From a virus, in IMG/VR virus record IMGVR_UViG_3300029951_000015: a stretch of DNA of 64,000 nt; one strand, written 5' to 3'. Of the stretch, positions 41,291 to 51,339 are shown piece by piece. How positions within the stretch are numbered: the first letter of the stretch is position 1; every line of letters starts with the position of its first letter. Position numbers and translations under genes: made by a program. The notes beneath the pieces were generated by a model, which was given only the letters and a program-made list of their open reading frames with translations, was not told where the DNA came from and searched no databases.

Positions 41291-41905
41291 ATGAATCATT
41301 TCGCTGAAGTAGTACGTTTTAACGAAGCCGCACGCGGCGCGCTGCCGCACCGCCCAACTAAGCTGACACTCGACGAGACAAAGCTCTGCCTGCGTTTGAT
41401 CATCGAAGAGTCGTTCGAGACCGTCGAAGCGTGCCTCAGGCCCGAAAGCGCGGCGCTCGTCCTGATGACGACTTATAAGAACAAAATTCAGGCGGTCATT
41501 GCTCACCTGATCGACCACTCGGATGTAGAACAGGACAGCGCAGCCCTGTTGGACGGTCTGTGCGATACAATCGTGGTTACTATGGGGATGGCTGCGCTCG
41601 CCGGGTTGCCGCTGAATGAAGGCATGGGTGAGGTCAATGGTAGCAACTTGGCCAAGATCGACCCAGCCACAGGCCTGTGCATCAAGGATGCCGGCGGAAA
41701 GATCCAAAAACCGCCGGGTTGGAAGAAGCCGGACCTCGAATCGATCATCAGCTGGTCTCGGTTGCACGGCAACCGCGGCGACGTGCATTACGAGAAGATT
41801 AAGCCAGTCTCGGCTGCACTCGAAACCGCGTTAAGCAGCTGCGGTCAGTTCCCCGAGAACTTAGCAGCGCACAAGAAAGCTGGGGGTGTAGGTCAGCATG
41901 AGTAG
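41291..41905 (+). CDS. all-alpha NTP pyrophosphohydrolase-like protein (MazG / HisE-like)
   Basis: RLIIEESFETVEA (EExxE) and a later DGLCDTIVV fit the MazG-type metal-binding helices. 204 aa. Confidence 0.45.
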   Translation: MNHFAEVVRFNEAARGALPHRPTKLTLDETKLCLRLIIEESFETVEACLRPESAALVLMTTYKNKIQAVIAHLIDHSDVEQDSAALLDGLCDTIVVTMGMAALAGLPLNEGMGEVNGSNLAKIDPATGLCIKDAGGKIQKPPGWKKPDLESIISWSRLHGNRGDVHYEKIKPVSAALETALSSCGQFPENLAAHKKAGGVGQHE

Positions 41906-42068
41906 AGAAGAAGTTGAGGCGCTCCTGAGAGCTAAGAGGGAGTCGGATGGAATCGACACGGGGCTTTACGACTGCGGATTACAGTACGTGGTCATGGACG
42001 AAGTGGACGGCGTAGGTTTGACGTTCACTTGGTTCTCTCAGATGAATGATTTAGACGATCTGGTTTAA
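41898..42068 (+). CDS. hypothetical protein (56 aa, below ORF-track cutoff)
   Basis: The ATG overlaps the upstream stop region by 8 nt. The ORF fills the gap to the next gene. Confidence 0.35.
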   Translation: MSREEVEALLRAKRESDGIDTGLYDCGLQYVVMDEVDGVGLTFTWFSQMNDLDDLV

Positions 42069-42078
42069 GGAAAACGTA

Positions 42079-42501
42079 ATGGATTGGTTCAACCTCAAAG
42101 ACATCTACACCGACAAAGAAATGCGCGATACCTACTCCAGCTACCGCAGCCGTGTAGCTGGTGCTCAGGCGCGACACGTACGCCATCTGGACATCCCGCG
42201 GGAAGCTGGAGCCGGAGCTGGACGGCCCGCGCGTGTCACGCTGATCACGCGGGAAGGTGTAGATGCGCTGTACGCGCCGGCCGCCGCGCCTGCAAAGCTG
42301 AAGCCTTACGTCTGCCCGATGCGCCTGACCGATAAAGCGCGTCAGCACATAGCGGTTACGGACAAGTACACGCTTGGGCTTCGGTTCTCCACGGAAGGGC
42401 TTGAGAAGCGTGCCCGAATTCTCGACACGGATCAATTCATCGCGTTCCTTGTGAAGATCGGCAACGTGGATTTGATCGAGCCGGATTTTATCAACCTCTA
42501 G
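42079..42501 (+). CDS. hypothetical protein
   Basis: 140 aa with AAGGAAA upstream. Confidence 0.5.
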   Translation: MDWFNLKDIYTDKEMRDTYSSYRSRVAGAQARHVRHLDIPREAGAGAGRPARVTLITREGVDALYAPAAAPAKLKPYVCPMRLTDKARQHIAVTDKYTLGLRFSTEGLEKRARILDTDQFIAFLVKIGNVDLIEPDFINL

Positions 42502-42562
42502 TCTTTACAGCGGGTTAGTGTCATCTTTGGCATTTTATAGATAATAATATTTAGGATTCCTA

Positions 42563-43507
42563 ATGAAACAGGTCTACGTTGAAAAGAAGCTGAACAAGGC
42601 CAACACCGTGTTGGTCGGCATCATGGAATCCATCTCGCGCGAGTACTCTGCAGCGGGATACACCATGACCACTCGACAGCTCTATTACCAGCTCGTTGCG
42701 CGCGACTACATCCCGAACACGCTGCAGGAATACAAGCGCGTCGCATCGATTATCAACGACGCCAAGCTCGCCGGCCTGCTCGACTGGGACGCGTTTGAAG
42801 ATCGCACGCGGGCATTCGAGCGTCGTGGTCACTGGGATAACCCGGAAGACATGGTGCAGGCATGCGCCAACCAGTTCTACGTTGATATGTGGGAAGGACA
42901 GGACCGTCGCGTGTTCGTGATCGTCGAGAAAGAGGCGCTGGTAGGCGTCCTGAATCGCGTCTGCGAACGATTCGACGTTCCGCTGCTCGCAGCTCGTGGC
43001 TACCCCTCTGCAACAGTGCTGCGCGAGTTCGCCGTCTCCGACATGCGAAAGGCCGAACAAGCGGGTCAAGACTGCTTGATCTTGCACCTGGGCGATCATG
43101 ATCCGAGTGGTATTGATATGACGCGCGACTTGCAGGAACGCCTGTCCTTGTTCACCAACTCGCACGTCGACCTGCGGCGCATCGCTTTGAACATGCAGCA
43201 GGTCGAAGCCGAAGACCCGCCGGAAAATCCGGCCAAGATCAGCGACTCGCGCTTTGCAGACTACCAACGCAACTTTGGTGACAGTAGCTGGGAACTTGAC
43301 GCGTTGCCGCCCGAGTTCTTGGACTCGCTGCTAACTGAGCAGATCCGCGAAAACATAGACGAGCCGGTTTGGCGTGAACGCGAAGATGAAATCATTGACG
43401 GCCGCCAGGCGTTGAACGAGGCAGTCGACTACATCGCGAACGGGCTACCTCACTACAAAGACAAGATGACCGGTCGCACGGGTAAGTTTGAATCGGCGCT
43501 GGACTGA
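42563..43507 (+). CDS. Spo11 / topoisomerase VI subunit A-like protein (stand-alone)
   Basis: TTRQLYYQLV resembles the 5Y-CAP R-x-x-Y-Y element. VIVEKEALVGVL, ARGYPS and LGDHDPSGIDM resemble the Toprim E, GxP and DxDPxG elements, in the canonical order. 314 aa. Confidence 0.7.
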   Translation: MKQVYVEKKLNKANTVLVGIMESISREYSAAGYTMTTRQLYYQLVARDYIPNTLQEYKRVASIINDAKLAGLLDWDAFEDRTRAFERRGHWDNPEDMVQACANQFYVDMWEGQDRRVFVIVEKEALVGVLNRVCERFDVPLLAARGYPSATVLREFAVSDMRKAEQAGQDCLILHLGDHDPSGIDMTRDLQERLSLFTNSHVDLRRIALNMQQVEAEDPPENPAKISDSRFADYQRNFGDSSWELDALPPEFLDSLLTEQIRENIDEPVWREREDEIIDGRQALNEAVDYIANGLPHYKDKMTGRTGKFESALD

Positions 43508-43510
43508 GCG

Positions 43511-43912
43511 GTGAGCAAGCAGCCGAGGAAACGGACCAAGAAGTATGTCCCGAAGCGCGTCAGCTCACCGGTCATGCCGGAGCTGCACGACATCATTGCG
43601 ATGGGCATGCACACGTCGTTCTCAACGCTGAAAAGCCGGCCGGATGAAAATGCGTTCTCAATGCTGGCCAGGATTGTAGGAATGGTCGGCCGCGCTATCG
43701 AGGGCGACCCGAGGTTTGCAGCGGAACGGCTGCAGATCAACTCGGCCGGCGCAGCGCTCAACCAGATCGGGGCCAAGGTGGGTCCGTTGCGCGCGACGGC
43801 GCTGGAGCTGCTGCCTGTCTTGAACGCAGTGCGAATGATCGATGTTATCTTGCCGCGCCTCGATGTCGCGAAGTTGCATCAGGCTAATTTGGATATGGCC
43901 TGCCTCAAATAG
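43511..43912 (+). CDS. hypothetical protein with basic N-terminus
   Basis: GTG start 3 nt after the upstream stop. 133 aa. KQPRKRTKKYVPKR. Confidence 0.45.
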   Translation: MSKQPRKRTKKYVPKRVSSPVMPELHDIIAMGMHTSFSTLKSRPDENAFSMLARIVGMVGRAIEGDPRFAAERLQINSAGAALNQIGAKVGPLRATALELLPVLNAVRMIDVILPRLDVAKLHQANLDMACLK

Positions 43913-43914
43913 AA

Positions 43915-43936
43915 AAGCCGGGCTTTCGCCCGGCTT
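43915..43936. terminator. hairpin, possible terminator
   Basis: AAGCCGGG-CTTTCG-CCCGGCTT has an A-tract upstream but no T-tract downstream. Confidence 0.4.
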
Positions 43937-44014
43937 CCCCCTCTACGCACCACCCCTGGATCACCCTATGAATCATCGCAGCGCGAAGATATCACAGTTC
44001 TATTGGGAACTGTG

Positions 44015-44776
44015 ATGGAGACCATACTGTTTCCGTACGTTATTGAAGGAAAGTCGAAAAATCTAGCGATCCGAGTGAGTGGTGAAGTCATTGGCGTCTT
44101 ACCCATTCTGGCGATTCTTGGCTTGAAATGGCAGTTAGAGCGTGTCCATCTCAAGCCAAAGTACGACATAAACGTTGCCGGCCGCGTCGAACCAGCAGTA
44201 GGCCTTTCAGCATTGGAAAATTGGTTAGGACTACTTAAGCCATCAGCATCAAAAGAAGGCGTTTTGACGCAGCATTTCAGGGACCACCTGTGCGCAGCGC
44301 TCGTGTCCAAGTCCAGTTCACTTGGCGCTCGGGCGCGTGAGCAAAGCGCTGCAGTCACAGCTGCTAAGGGTGCGGTCGCTCTCATCGGCGCACCTCTTGA
44401 AGCGATTGACCACTTCCGCAGAGACGCCAGTCTAGGTTCCGAACGTATTCAGCCGGATCTGATCGCCAAAGTGGCCCACAGAGGCGTGCTCGATCTGTTC
44501 GTCCGGCCGCCTCCTTCAATGTGGGACGACTCACTTGCCGCAATCCAGCGTGTGACCGTCAGCCTGGCAGACGACGCCTACCGGCCGCGCCTGCTTCAAG
44601 ACTACCGCAGAGCGAATCAAGAGGTCTTGGTCGGGCCGCAGATGCTTGAGAGGTATCCAGACAACCCTCTAGTCCACCGACGCCTCCTGCCGGCGCGTAA
44701 CACGGTGGAGACCGTAGGTGGCGAGACGCAGGTGACCACCGTGCCGGAGCACCTACAGAAATTCCCCTGGGAATAA
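44015..44776 (+). CDS. hypothetical protein
   Basis: ATG 44015 (the track TTG at 44003 is possible). 253 aa. Confidence 0.5.
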   Translation: METILFPYVIEGKSKNLAIRVSGEVIGVLPILAILGLKWQLERVHLKPKYDINVAGRVEPAVGLSALENWLGLLKPSASKEGVLTQHFRDHLCAALVSKSSSLGARAREQSAAVTAAKGAVALIGAPLEAIDHFRRDASLGSERIQPDLIAKVAHRGVLDLFVRPPPSMWDDSLAAIQRVTVSLADDAYRPRLLQDYRRANQEVLVGPQMLERYPDNPLVHRRLLPARNTVETVGGETQVTTVPEHLQKFPWE

Positions 44777-44803
44777 GCAACTAACGATCTAGGAGTAAAA
44801 CGG

Positions 44804-46207
44804 ATGTCTGCAGTAGCGAATATTTGCAAAAAAATAAACTTCCCACTTACGCCCCTCGGCTACCAGGTAGAGAACGTCGACGCGAGCATTGCGGAAAGCA
44901 TCGATCACCACGGCATGTATTGGGACATGGGCGCAGGCAAGACGTTCGGATCGACACTGCGAAACATGATCTACCGAGACGAGACTGGAGCGCAAATCAT
45001 CCAGGTCGTACCCCCCATTCTCATTAGGCAATGGGCGCGATGGCTGGACAGCTGCGGGATATCGAACACGGTCTACGTCGGAACCAAGAAGCAGCGATCA
45101 AAACTCACGCTAGGTCGCGACACGAGCTACCTGCTGATTCCGCTTGGCATCCTCAAGAACGACTACGATCGAATCTATGAGACCTACAGTGCGCGCAAGA
45201 TATCCGTGGCTGTCGACGAGGCTACCTGCATCAAAAACTACGACTCAGGCAATTTCAGGGCGATCCTGCAGCTGCAGTCCGGCCAAGCCATCATGCCCAT
45301 GACCGGTACTCCCCTCGCAACACCTAGTGACGCCTACGCATACATCAAGCTGATTAGCCCGGAAATTTACCGAAGCTTCTCCCAGTTCGAGAACATCCAC
45401 GTCGGGTCGAAGGATTACTTCGACACGGTCACAGAGTGGAAAAATCTTGACGTTTTGAAGAAAAACTTAGGACTCCGATCTTCTTTTATATCGACGCCAG
45501 AGGTTCATCCTGACATGCCGCGCGCGCGAATCTCGGATATCGAGTACGACTTGGCCAAGTCACATGAGAAGCTGTACCGGACGCTGGTAGACCAACAGCT
45601 GCTCGTGTTCGACAACGGCGGCGCTATCGATGCGTCAACGCCATCTAAACTCTACCATGCGGTCCAGCAGATCGTGCTGAACTACGGCTACTTCGCGCAG
45701 CAGAACGATCTAGTCCCCGCAGGCTTTGAAGTGCTTGATGAAATGGTCGCAGAGGTCGGCCGAGCAAAGCTGCTGGTGTTTGCGAACTACAAGATGTCCG
45801 TGCGCGCCATCGTGGAGCATTTGCGTAAGACGGGCGTAGCAGCTGTGCAAGTGAACGGCGAGATATCCGCCAAGGAGAAGTTCGACAACATCGAGATGTT
45901 CTTGAAAAACCCGCTGTGTCAGGTTCTCGTTGTCAACACGATATCCGCCGGCAAAGGTCTCGACGGCCTGCAGCATGTCTGCCACTACATGCTGTTTATG
46001 GAGGTGCCAACCGTAGCTCTGACATTTTGGCAGGCTGTCAAGCGTCTTGAGCGACCTGGACAGAAGTTTATCACGGACGTACGGATCGCCACGGCGCTCG
46101 GAACCGTACAGGTGCGGATGCGCAAAAACCTGATTCAGAACGATGGCCTCGTAAATTCCCTAGTTCCGTCTGCAAACGATCTCCGAAATGCGCTCTACGG
46201 GAAGTAG
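44804..46207 (+). CDS. SNF2-family helicase
   Basis: AGGAG upstream. MYWDMGAGKTF (motif I), VAVDEATCIKN (II), PMTGTPL (III), QAVKRLERPGQ (VI). Confidence 0.8.
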   Translation: MSAVANICKKINFPLTPLGYQVENVDASIAESIDHHGMYWDMGAGKTFGSTLRNMIYRDETGAQIIQVVPPILIRQWARWLDSCGISNTVYVGTKKQRSKLTLGRDTSYLLIPLGILKNDYDRIYETYSARKISVAVDEATCIKNYDSGNFRAILQLQSGQAIMPMTGTPLATPSDAYAYIKLISPEIYRSFSQFENIHVGSKDYFDTVTEWKNLDVLKKNLGLRSSFISTPEVHPDMPRARISDIEYDLAKSHEKLYRTLVDQQLLVFDNGGAIDASTPSKLYHAVQQIVLNYGYFAQQNDLVPAGFEVLDEMVAEVGRAKLLVFANYKMSVRAIVEHLRKTGVAAVQVNGEISAKEKFDNIEMFLKNPLCQVLVVNTISAGKGLDGLQHVCHYMLFMEVPTVALTFWQAVKRLERPGQKFITDVRIATALGTVQVRMRKNLIQNDGLVNSLVPSANDLRNALYGK

Positions 46208-49086
46208 TGCGGTTAGAATCCTCCCTTCCCCTTAGCACCCACAACCAAAGACACCACCCCATGTCTGACACATTTTTTTACCACACATCAAATAAGACAT
46301 CTGGTTGGACAGCAGCGCCGTCGTCGTCGCGCGAAGCCGTCATTGCGGCCAAGAAACCGAAGTACGTCACGGTCTTAGACCTGGACACACTGGTCAACGA
46401 CGAAACACCTCTCGAAGACACGTTGAAGATCCGTTACTCCGGTCCGTTCTACGCTGACTGGGATTGCCCGGACATTATGGAAGGCGCAGCATCCGTTAAT
46501 CGTTATCTTGACCTACTTAGTCAGGACTACGATGTAAATGTTGAGTGCGTCGCACTGTACGCCACGGGCGGCCGGGGATTTCACGCGGAGATTCCGTTCG
46601 CTGTGATGTCGGCTTCCAAAGCAGGTGTGATGTACTTGCCGTCGATCTACAAGGAAATCGCAAACGAGACGTTCGTCGAGTTCTTGGACTTGGCCGTCTA
46701 CTCAGCCAAGCGCGGCCGGATGTGGCGCACACCGAACGTCGAGCGGGAAACACCCGGTAAGTTTAAAGTGCCTATCTCGCTCGATCAAATGCGCAACATG
46801 ACGCAAGCGCTGTACGACGAGCTTTGCAGCGAGCCTCAGCCAACCCCTGAGCGCGCCGAGCCTACCCTAGCGCCGGCTTTCGCTGCCCTCTTCGCTGACC
46901 TGAAAAAGAAGGTCGAGCAGAAGTTCCGTGAGCGCAAGAACAAGAAGGGAGACGACAGCGCCGTCAAGCGCTTCAAAGGCGAGTGGCCCGAGTCGGTCTT
47001 AACGCTGATGCGCGGCGAGAACCTGAGCAAGGACGTAGGCCTGAACAAGGTAGCGCTGCAGATCGGCATCTTGTCCTGTGCTCTTGGGAAAACGCTCGAT
47101 CAGCATCTGGAAGCCTGCGAGGGGCTGATATCCACTTATAAGGGCGATGGCCACAACACGCGGTCGTCAGTACGCAATGAGCTGAAGCGCATGTACGGGT
47201 ACGCGAACGGCAACGTCGCCTACGCCTACTCGCCCGCGGCGATGGCACACATCATGGACGTGCCCCAGCTGGCCAAGGATCTGCGAGGCACAGCTGCTCA
47301 AGTGGGCGGCGACTCTAACCCTGACGATTTGAGCGACCTATCGCGCGGCCTGATCAACGGATCGAACGGCATCTACAGCATCAAAGAAGACACGCTGTAC
47401 CGCGAGACCAATTGGCACTTCGATTCCGACTCCGTTCTGGAGATCACGGACGCGGAGACTGGCGTGTCACGCGGATTCATCCTGCAGAGCCGTGACAGTG
47501 GTCGGCCGACCCAGGAAATCAACGTCGACCACGGTACGTTCGTGTCCGGCGACAAGCTAAAGGGCTTTCTGGCGTCTAAAGGCGCAGTTGCGCCGAACAT
47601 GGACACTCTCAAGGCCGGCCGCCTGCTGGCCTTGATCATGCAAAGCGCCAAGGCCAACGGCCAGATCAAGGCTCTTCCCAAGGAAGGATTCAACCTCATA
47701 GGCGATCACATGGTGTGGTGCAGCCCGAGTGGATGCTGGGCGCACAATTCGCCCGACAACTATCGCTTCAGGGCCTGTGCGGGCGGCGAAAGCGGCAATT
47801 TCAGGTCCGACGTAATGGCAGCGCCTCAGTTGAAGGATCTGGCGAGCGCGGGCGACGTGATAGACGCCCTGCTCGCCTTCAACTTGAACGATTTCACTGT
47901 GGCCGCGACCCTCGGCTGGTTCGTAGCCTGCTGGCACAAGCCGCTGCACATCGCGCTGGGCCAGTCGTTCCCAATCCTTCAAGCTTACGGCGAGTCGGGC
48001 GCGGGCAAGACCCTGCTCTGTATGCAGCTGCTCCGCATGTTCTATTTCAACGAAGCGCCTAAGGCGATGAATGCCTCACAGGGAACGGCTTACGGCCGGC
48101 GCGTCATGTTCGGCGGCGCTACCTCGATCCCGATCCTGGTCGACGAGTTCAAGCCTACGCGGATGTCGATTGAAGCAGCACGTGACTTCCGCATGACAAT
48201 CCATGAGATGTACACCCCGGCATTTCAGTCGCCGCGGGGCGGTGGTGACGCCAGGTCGAGCGCACCAGGTAACTGGGCCGAGCTGTCGCAGGACACCAAA
48301 ACCACGCCGCTGTGCTTCACAACAGAGACGGCCGAGTCCGAGACCGCGATCCAGGAACGCACGATTTCGGTGCCGTTCAGCAAGGCAGCGCGCGGCGGCA
48401 CAGCAGACGCAGCGTTCCAGAAGCTGACCGGCAACCCCGAAGTACTCGCAGCCGTTGGCAAGCTACTTCTGCAAGGCACAGCAGCTGCGAAGAGAGATAC
48501 CCTCAAAAGCCTGATCGAGCGCGGACACACAGTTGCTAAGGAGAACTTGAACCGCTCGGGCAACAGCCGGATCGTCTACAACGCGGGCGTCGCCATATCG
48601 GGCTTGGGCTTCCTCGGTATGGTTCTGCGGCACCAGATGCCTGAAGAGTTTTCCGAGCGCTTTGAGGCGCGTCTGGAGACCTTGCGCGCGGCGCTTCTTG
48701 ACGCTACCAACTACACGACCCTACAAGCCGCGCCGGAAATCGTAAAGCTGCTACGTTTCATGATCACTATTTCGCACCAGGACGAAGCGGATGCGGACCA
48801 CAACGTGCGTCTTGGCAAAGAGTACGCATACTTCGGCAAGGGTCTAGACCTCGACTTGGACGTGGATGCTTTCTACCTGCGTTACCGGACAGCGGCGACA
48901 CGGCGCAGCCAGGTTCCGGCGTTCGCAGACCCGGATACTTTCCTCGCAGCGTTGGGTTCGTCGTCGCTGCTGAAGGAGAACTCACCGCCCGATTCCGGGC
49001 TGATTAACGGCACGAATGCGCCTCGCGTTGTGCGTCTTAGCGCGATTGCACTCGAAGAGTACAAATTAGGAGCGTTTATGGCATGA
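46207..49086 (+). CDS. DNA primase-helicase fusion (AEP prim-pol N-terminus, SF3/D5-like P-loop C-terminus)
   Basis: VTVLDLDT, YATGGRGFHAEIPF and FLDLAVYSAKRGRMWRTPN match AEP motifs I-III. AYGESGAGKTL and PILVDEFK are Walker A and B. The start may instead be ATG 46261. Confidence 0.75.
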   Translation: MRLESSLPLSTHNQRHHPMSDTFFYHTSNKTSGWTAAPSSSREAVIAAKKPKYVTVLDLDTLVNDETPLEDTLKIRYSGPFYADWDCPDIMEGAASVNRYLDLLSQDYDVNVECVALYATGGRGFHAEIPFAVMSASKAGVMYLPSIYKEIANETFVEFLDLAVYSAKRGRMWRTPNVERETPGKFKVPISLDQMRNMTQALYDELCSEPQPTPERAEPTLAPAFAALFADLKKKVEQKFRERKNKKGDDSAVKRFKGEWPESVLTLMRGENLSKDVGLNKVALQIGILSCALGKTLDQHLEACEGLISTYKGDGHNTRSSVRNELKRMYGYANGNVAYAYSPAAMAHIMDVPQLAKDLRGTAAQVGGDSNPDDLSDLSRGLINGSNGIYSIKEDTLYRETNWHFDSDSVLEITDAETGVSRGFILQSRDSGRPTQEINVDHGTFVSGDKLKGFLASKGAVAPNMDTLKAGRLLALIMQSAKANGQIKALPKEGFNLIGDHMVWCSPSGCWAHNSPDNYRFRACAGGESGNFRSDVMAAPQLKDLASAGDVIDALLAFNLNDFTVAATLGWFVACWHKPLHIALGQSFPILQAYGESGAGKTLLCMQLLRMFYFNEAPKAMNASQGTAYGRRVMFGGATSIPILVDEFKPTRMSIEAARDFRMTIHEMYTPAFQSPRGGGDARSSAPGNWAELSQDTKTTPLCFTTETAESETAIQERTISVPFSKAARGGTADAAFQKLTGNPEVLAAVGKLLLQGTAAAKRDTLKSLIERGHTVAKENLNRSGNSRIVYNAGVAISGLGFLGMVLRHQMPEEFSERFEARLETLRAALLDATNYTTLQAAPEIVKLLRFMITISHQDEADADHNVRLGKEYAYFGKGLDLDLDVDAFYLRYRTAATRRSQVPAFADPDTFLAALGSSSLLKENSPPDSGLINGTNAPRVVRLSAIALEEYKLGAFMA

Positions 49087-49113
49087 AAAGCGTTGTACAA
49101 AGCGTTTTCGTTT
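49084..49113. promoter_or_regulatory. dispersed palindrome, copy g
   Basis: TGAAAAGCGTTGTACAAAGCGTTTTCGTTT overlaps the primase stop codon. Confidence 0.55.
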
Positions 49114-49182
49114 AGTACAGTTCGTCTGCGCTGAGATGAATCAGACACATAAAACACCGTTCATAAAACAGGAAAATAAATC

Positions 49183-50124
49183 ATGGCCATCGTTAAAAAC
49201 AAAAATGTCAAAGCAGCCGACGCAGCACCCGTGTTCGAACAAGAAAGCGAAACTGCGGCGGCCGAAACGGTCGCTGCAGTTACTCGCGCTGATGTGGCCG
49301 ATCTGAAGCCTGCGGAAACCGCAAAGGCCGAAGTTACGGCAAAAGTCACGTCGGAAGTGGTCGTTGAAGTTAAGTCTGAACCGGTGATTAATGACGCACA
49401 AAATGCTCAGGAGTCCGAAGTAACTGAGCCGGTCGAGGTAAAGAAAACGGCCGTCATTGCGCGCAATCAGAGCGGTGCGATGAAGACGATCTTGAATAGC
49501 AGCTCGGGTGCTCCCAGCCCCCTGGATGACTTGGAAAATGCGTTCGCCAAGGCCGGTATTGAAACCGACTACGGCACCTTCCCGCGCCTGCGTCTCGATG
49601 CCGGCGTGATCGCTTCGACGGAAGGCAACGAAGCCGGCACGTTCATCGAACTGCAGGTGATCAGCTACAGCCCGAGTTGGACCGTGGCCACGGGCACCGA
49701 AGGCAAGGAGGGCAAAGAGCACGTTCGTTTCTCCGACGACGGCAAGGTTACCAACAGTGCCGGCGAAAAGGACGAATACGCCGGTACGCCTTTGGAGGAG
49801 TATCGCCAGATCCTTGTCGATAAGGGTTTCGAAAAGGCTTCCATCAAGGAATACACGGCAGTCTTCGGCATCGCTTTGGACGCGCAGCTTCCGGACTTTG
49901 CGCACATGAACGAAGTCGTTTCCGTGAGCCTTGCGCCTGAGTCGCGGAAGAAGTTCGACAGCTATAAGGTCAACCGCAAGATCGCTGCTCGTATGGGCAA
50001 AGTGCAAGAAACGTCGGGCAATCCGGTTGTGCGTTTCACGTCCGTTCGCGTTACGGGCAAGGAACGCAGCTACTTCAACTTGCTTGCCTCACACGGCGTT
50101 ACCGCACCGGTCGATTTGGCTTAA
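49183..50124 (+). CDS. hypothetical protein with acidic low-complexity N-terminus (possible ssDNA-binding role, unproven)
   Basis: 313 aa with AGGAAA upstream. The location between primase and exonuclease is the only functional hint. Confidence 0.5.
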   Translation: MAIVKNKNVKAADAAPVFEQESETAAAETVAAVTRADVADLKPAETAKAEVTAKVTSEVVVEVKSEPVINDAQNAQESEVTEPVEVKKTAVIARNQSGAMKTILNSSSGAPSPLDDLENAFAKAGIETDYGTFPRLRLDAGVIASTEGNEAGTFIELQVISYSPSWTVATGTEGKEGKEHVRFSDDGKVTNSAGEKDEYAGTPLEEYRQILVDKGFEKASIKEYTAVFGIALDAQLPDFAHMNEVVSVSLAPESRKKFDSYKVNRKIAARMGKVQETSGNPVVRFTSVRVTGKERSYFNLLASHGVTAPVDLA

Positions 50125-50182
50125 TCAGTATCAGTAGAACAAGCAGCCGGCCGCGAGGTCGGTTGTTTCACATGGAGTCGTA

Positions 50183-50854
50183 ATGACACGAATTTTTGTG
50201 GCTGATACCGAAACGACGGGCCTGAAGTCGTCTGACCGCGTTGTCGAGTATGCCCACCTTGAATGCCGACTGCAGGCTAACCGACTGGTAGTCGTAAAGC
50301 AGTTTGAGACACTGACCAACCCAGGCATACCCATTCCCGAAGGGGCGATGAAAGTGCATGGCGTGAACGACGCGATGATCGCTAAGGCTCCGTATCTGCG
50401 CGATGTACTGCCCGCGGCCCTCGGCGTGGCCAAGAACGAATACGCGAAGATGTTTGGCCATAACTTCACAGCCTACGATATGCAGTTCCTTGACGGCCTG
50501 ATCCCGGACAGCTTCGATATTGGATGCACGCTGAAAGCAGCCCGCATGTTTATCGACGCACCCCGACACTCGCTCGACTTCTTGCGAGAGCATCTTGACC
50601 TACCTGAAGCACTGGCACACAGCGCGCTTGGCGACTGCTGCTCGACGTTTCATTTGATCAATCACATGCTCGCTGCAGGCACCCCTTGGGATGCACTGTC
50701 GAGCTGCATGCTGTCAAAGCCTACTGCGATCACGTTCGGCAAGCACAAAGGGACGCTGCTGCAGGATCTGCCGGACGACTACGTTCGCTGGTTGCTGGAG
50801 AAGTGCGACAACACGTCGTGGGAACTGCGCCGCGCGCTGAAGGAGTTGGCATGA
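50183..50854 (+). CDS. DnaQ-like 3'-5' exonuclease (DEDDh)
   Basis: IFVADTETTGL (Exo I), FGHNFTAYDMQFL (Exo II), HSALGDC (Exo III). Confidence 0.75.
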   Translation: MTRIFVADTETTGLKSSDRVVEYAHLECRLQANRLVVVKQFETLTNPGIPIPEGAMKVHGVNDAMIAKAPYLRDVLPAALGVAKNEYAKMFGHNFTAYDMQFLDGLIPDSFDIGCTLKAARMFIDAPRHSLDFLREHLDLPEALAHSALGDCCSTFHLINHMLAAGTPWDALSSCMLSKPTAITFGKHKGTLLQDLPDDYVRWLLEKCDNTSWELRRALKELA

Positions 50855-51339
50855 CTACCCGCTGCGGTGCCCCTGTCACGGGGGAGACCTACTTCACTTC
50901 GACATCTGGCGTCAAGAATCCCAACCCGAAAGACTCGATAGGCAGCTCGAAGATCCCGATGCACCTCTGGCCAGAAGCCGCGACTGTCCTAGGCTCCTTA
51001 GCGCTGCTCGACGGGGCGCTGAAGTACGGTCGCAGCAACTTCCGCGCCTCGCCGGTCCGCGCCTCTGTCTACTACGACGCAGCGAAGCGCCACCTCAACG
51101 CCTGGTTCGAAGGTAGGTCTTGCGACCCTGATTCCGGCCTACCCGATCTGGCGCATGCACTCGCCTGTTTGGCAATCCTCGTGGATGCAGAAGCGGCCTG
51201 CACGCTGATAGACGACCGCATGGTTTCTGGCGGCTACCTAACGTTGCTCGAAGGAATGACGCCGCACGTAAAACGACTGCAGGAACTGCACGCGGACAAG
51301 ACCCCGAAACACTACACCATCGCGGACCAGATGCCATGA
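50851..51339 (+). CDS. protein like the dATP/dGTP diphosphohydrolase N-terminal domain
   Basis: ATGA overlap with AAGGAG upstream. KIPMHLWPEAATVLGSLALLDGALKYGRSNFR and AKRHLNAWFEG...DPDSGLPDLAHALACLAILVD match the remembered family pattern. Confidence 0.55.
   Translation: MTTRCGAPVTGETYFTSTSGVKNPNPKDSIGSSKIPMHLWPEAATVLGSLALLDGALKYGRSNFRASPVRASVYYDAAKRHLNAWFEGRSCDPDSGLPDLAHALACLAILVDAEAACTLIDDRMVSGGYLTLLEGMTPHVKRLQELHADKTPKHYTIADQMP

Noticed and set aside
42560-43267. 235-aa minus-strand ORF opposite the TopoVI-A-like gene
   Set aside because: The plus strand carries the ordered 5Y-CAP and Toprim motifs. The antisense ORF has none.
49141-50007. 288-aa minus-strand ORF opposite 49183..50124
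   Set aside because: The plus-strand ORF has a good RBS and fits the operon flow. The antisense product is Arg/Phe/His-rich with no motifs.
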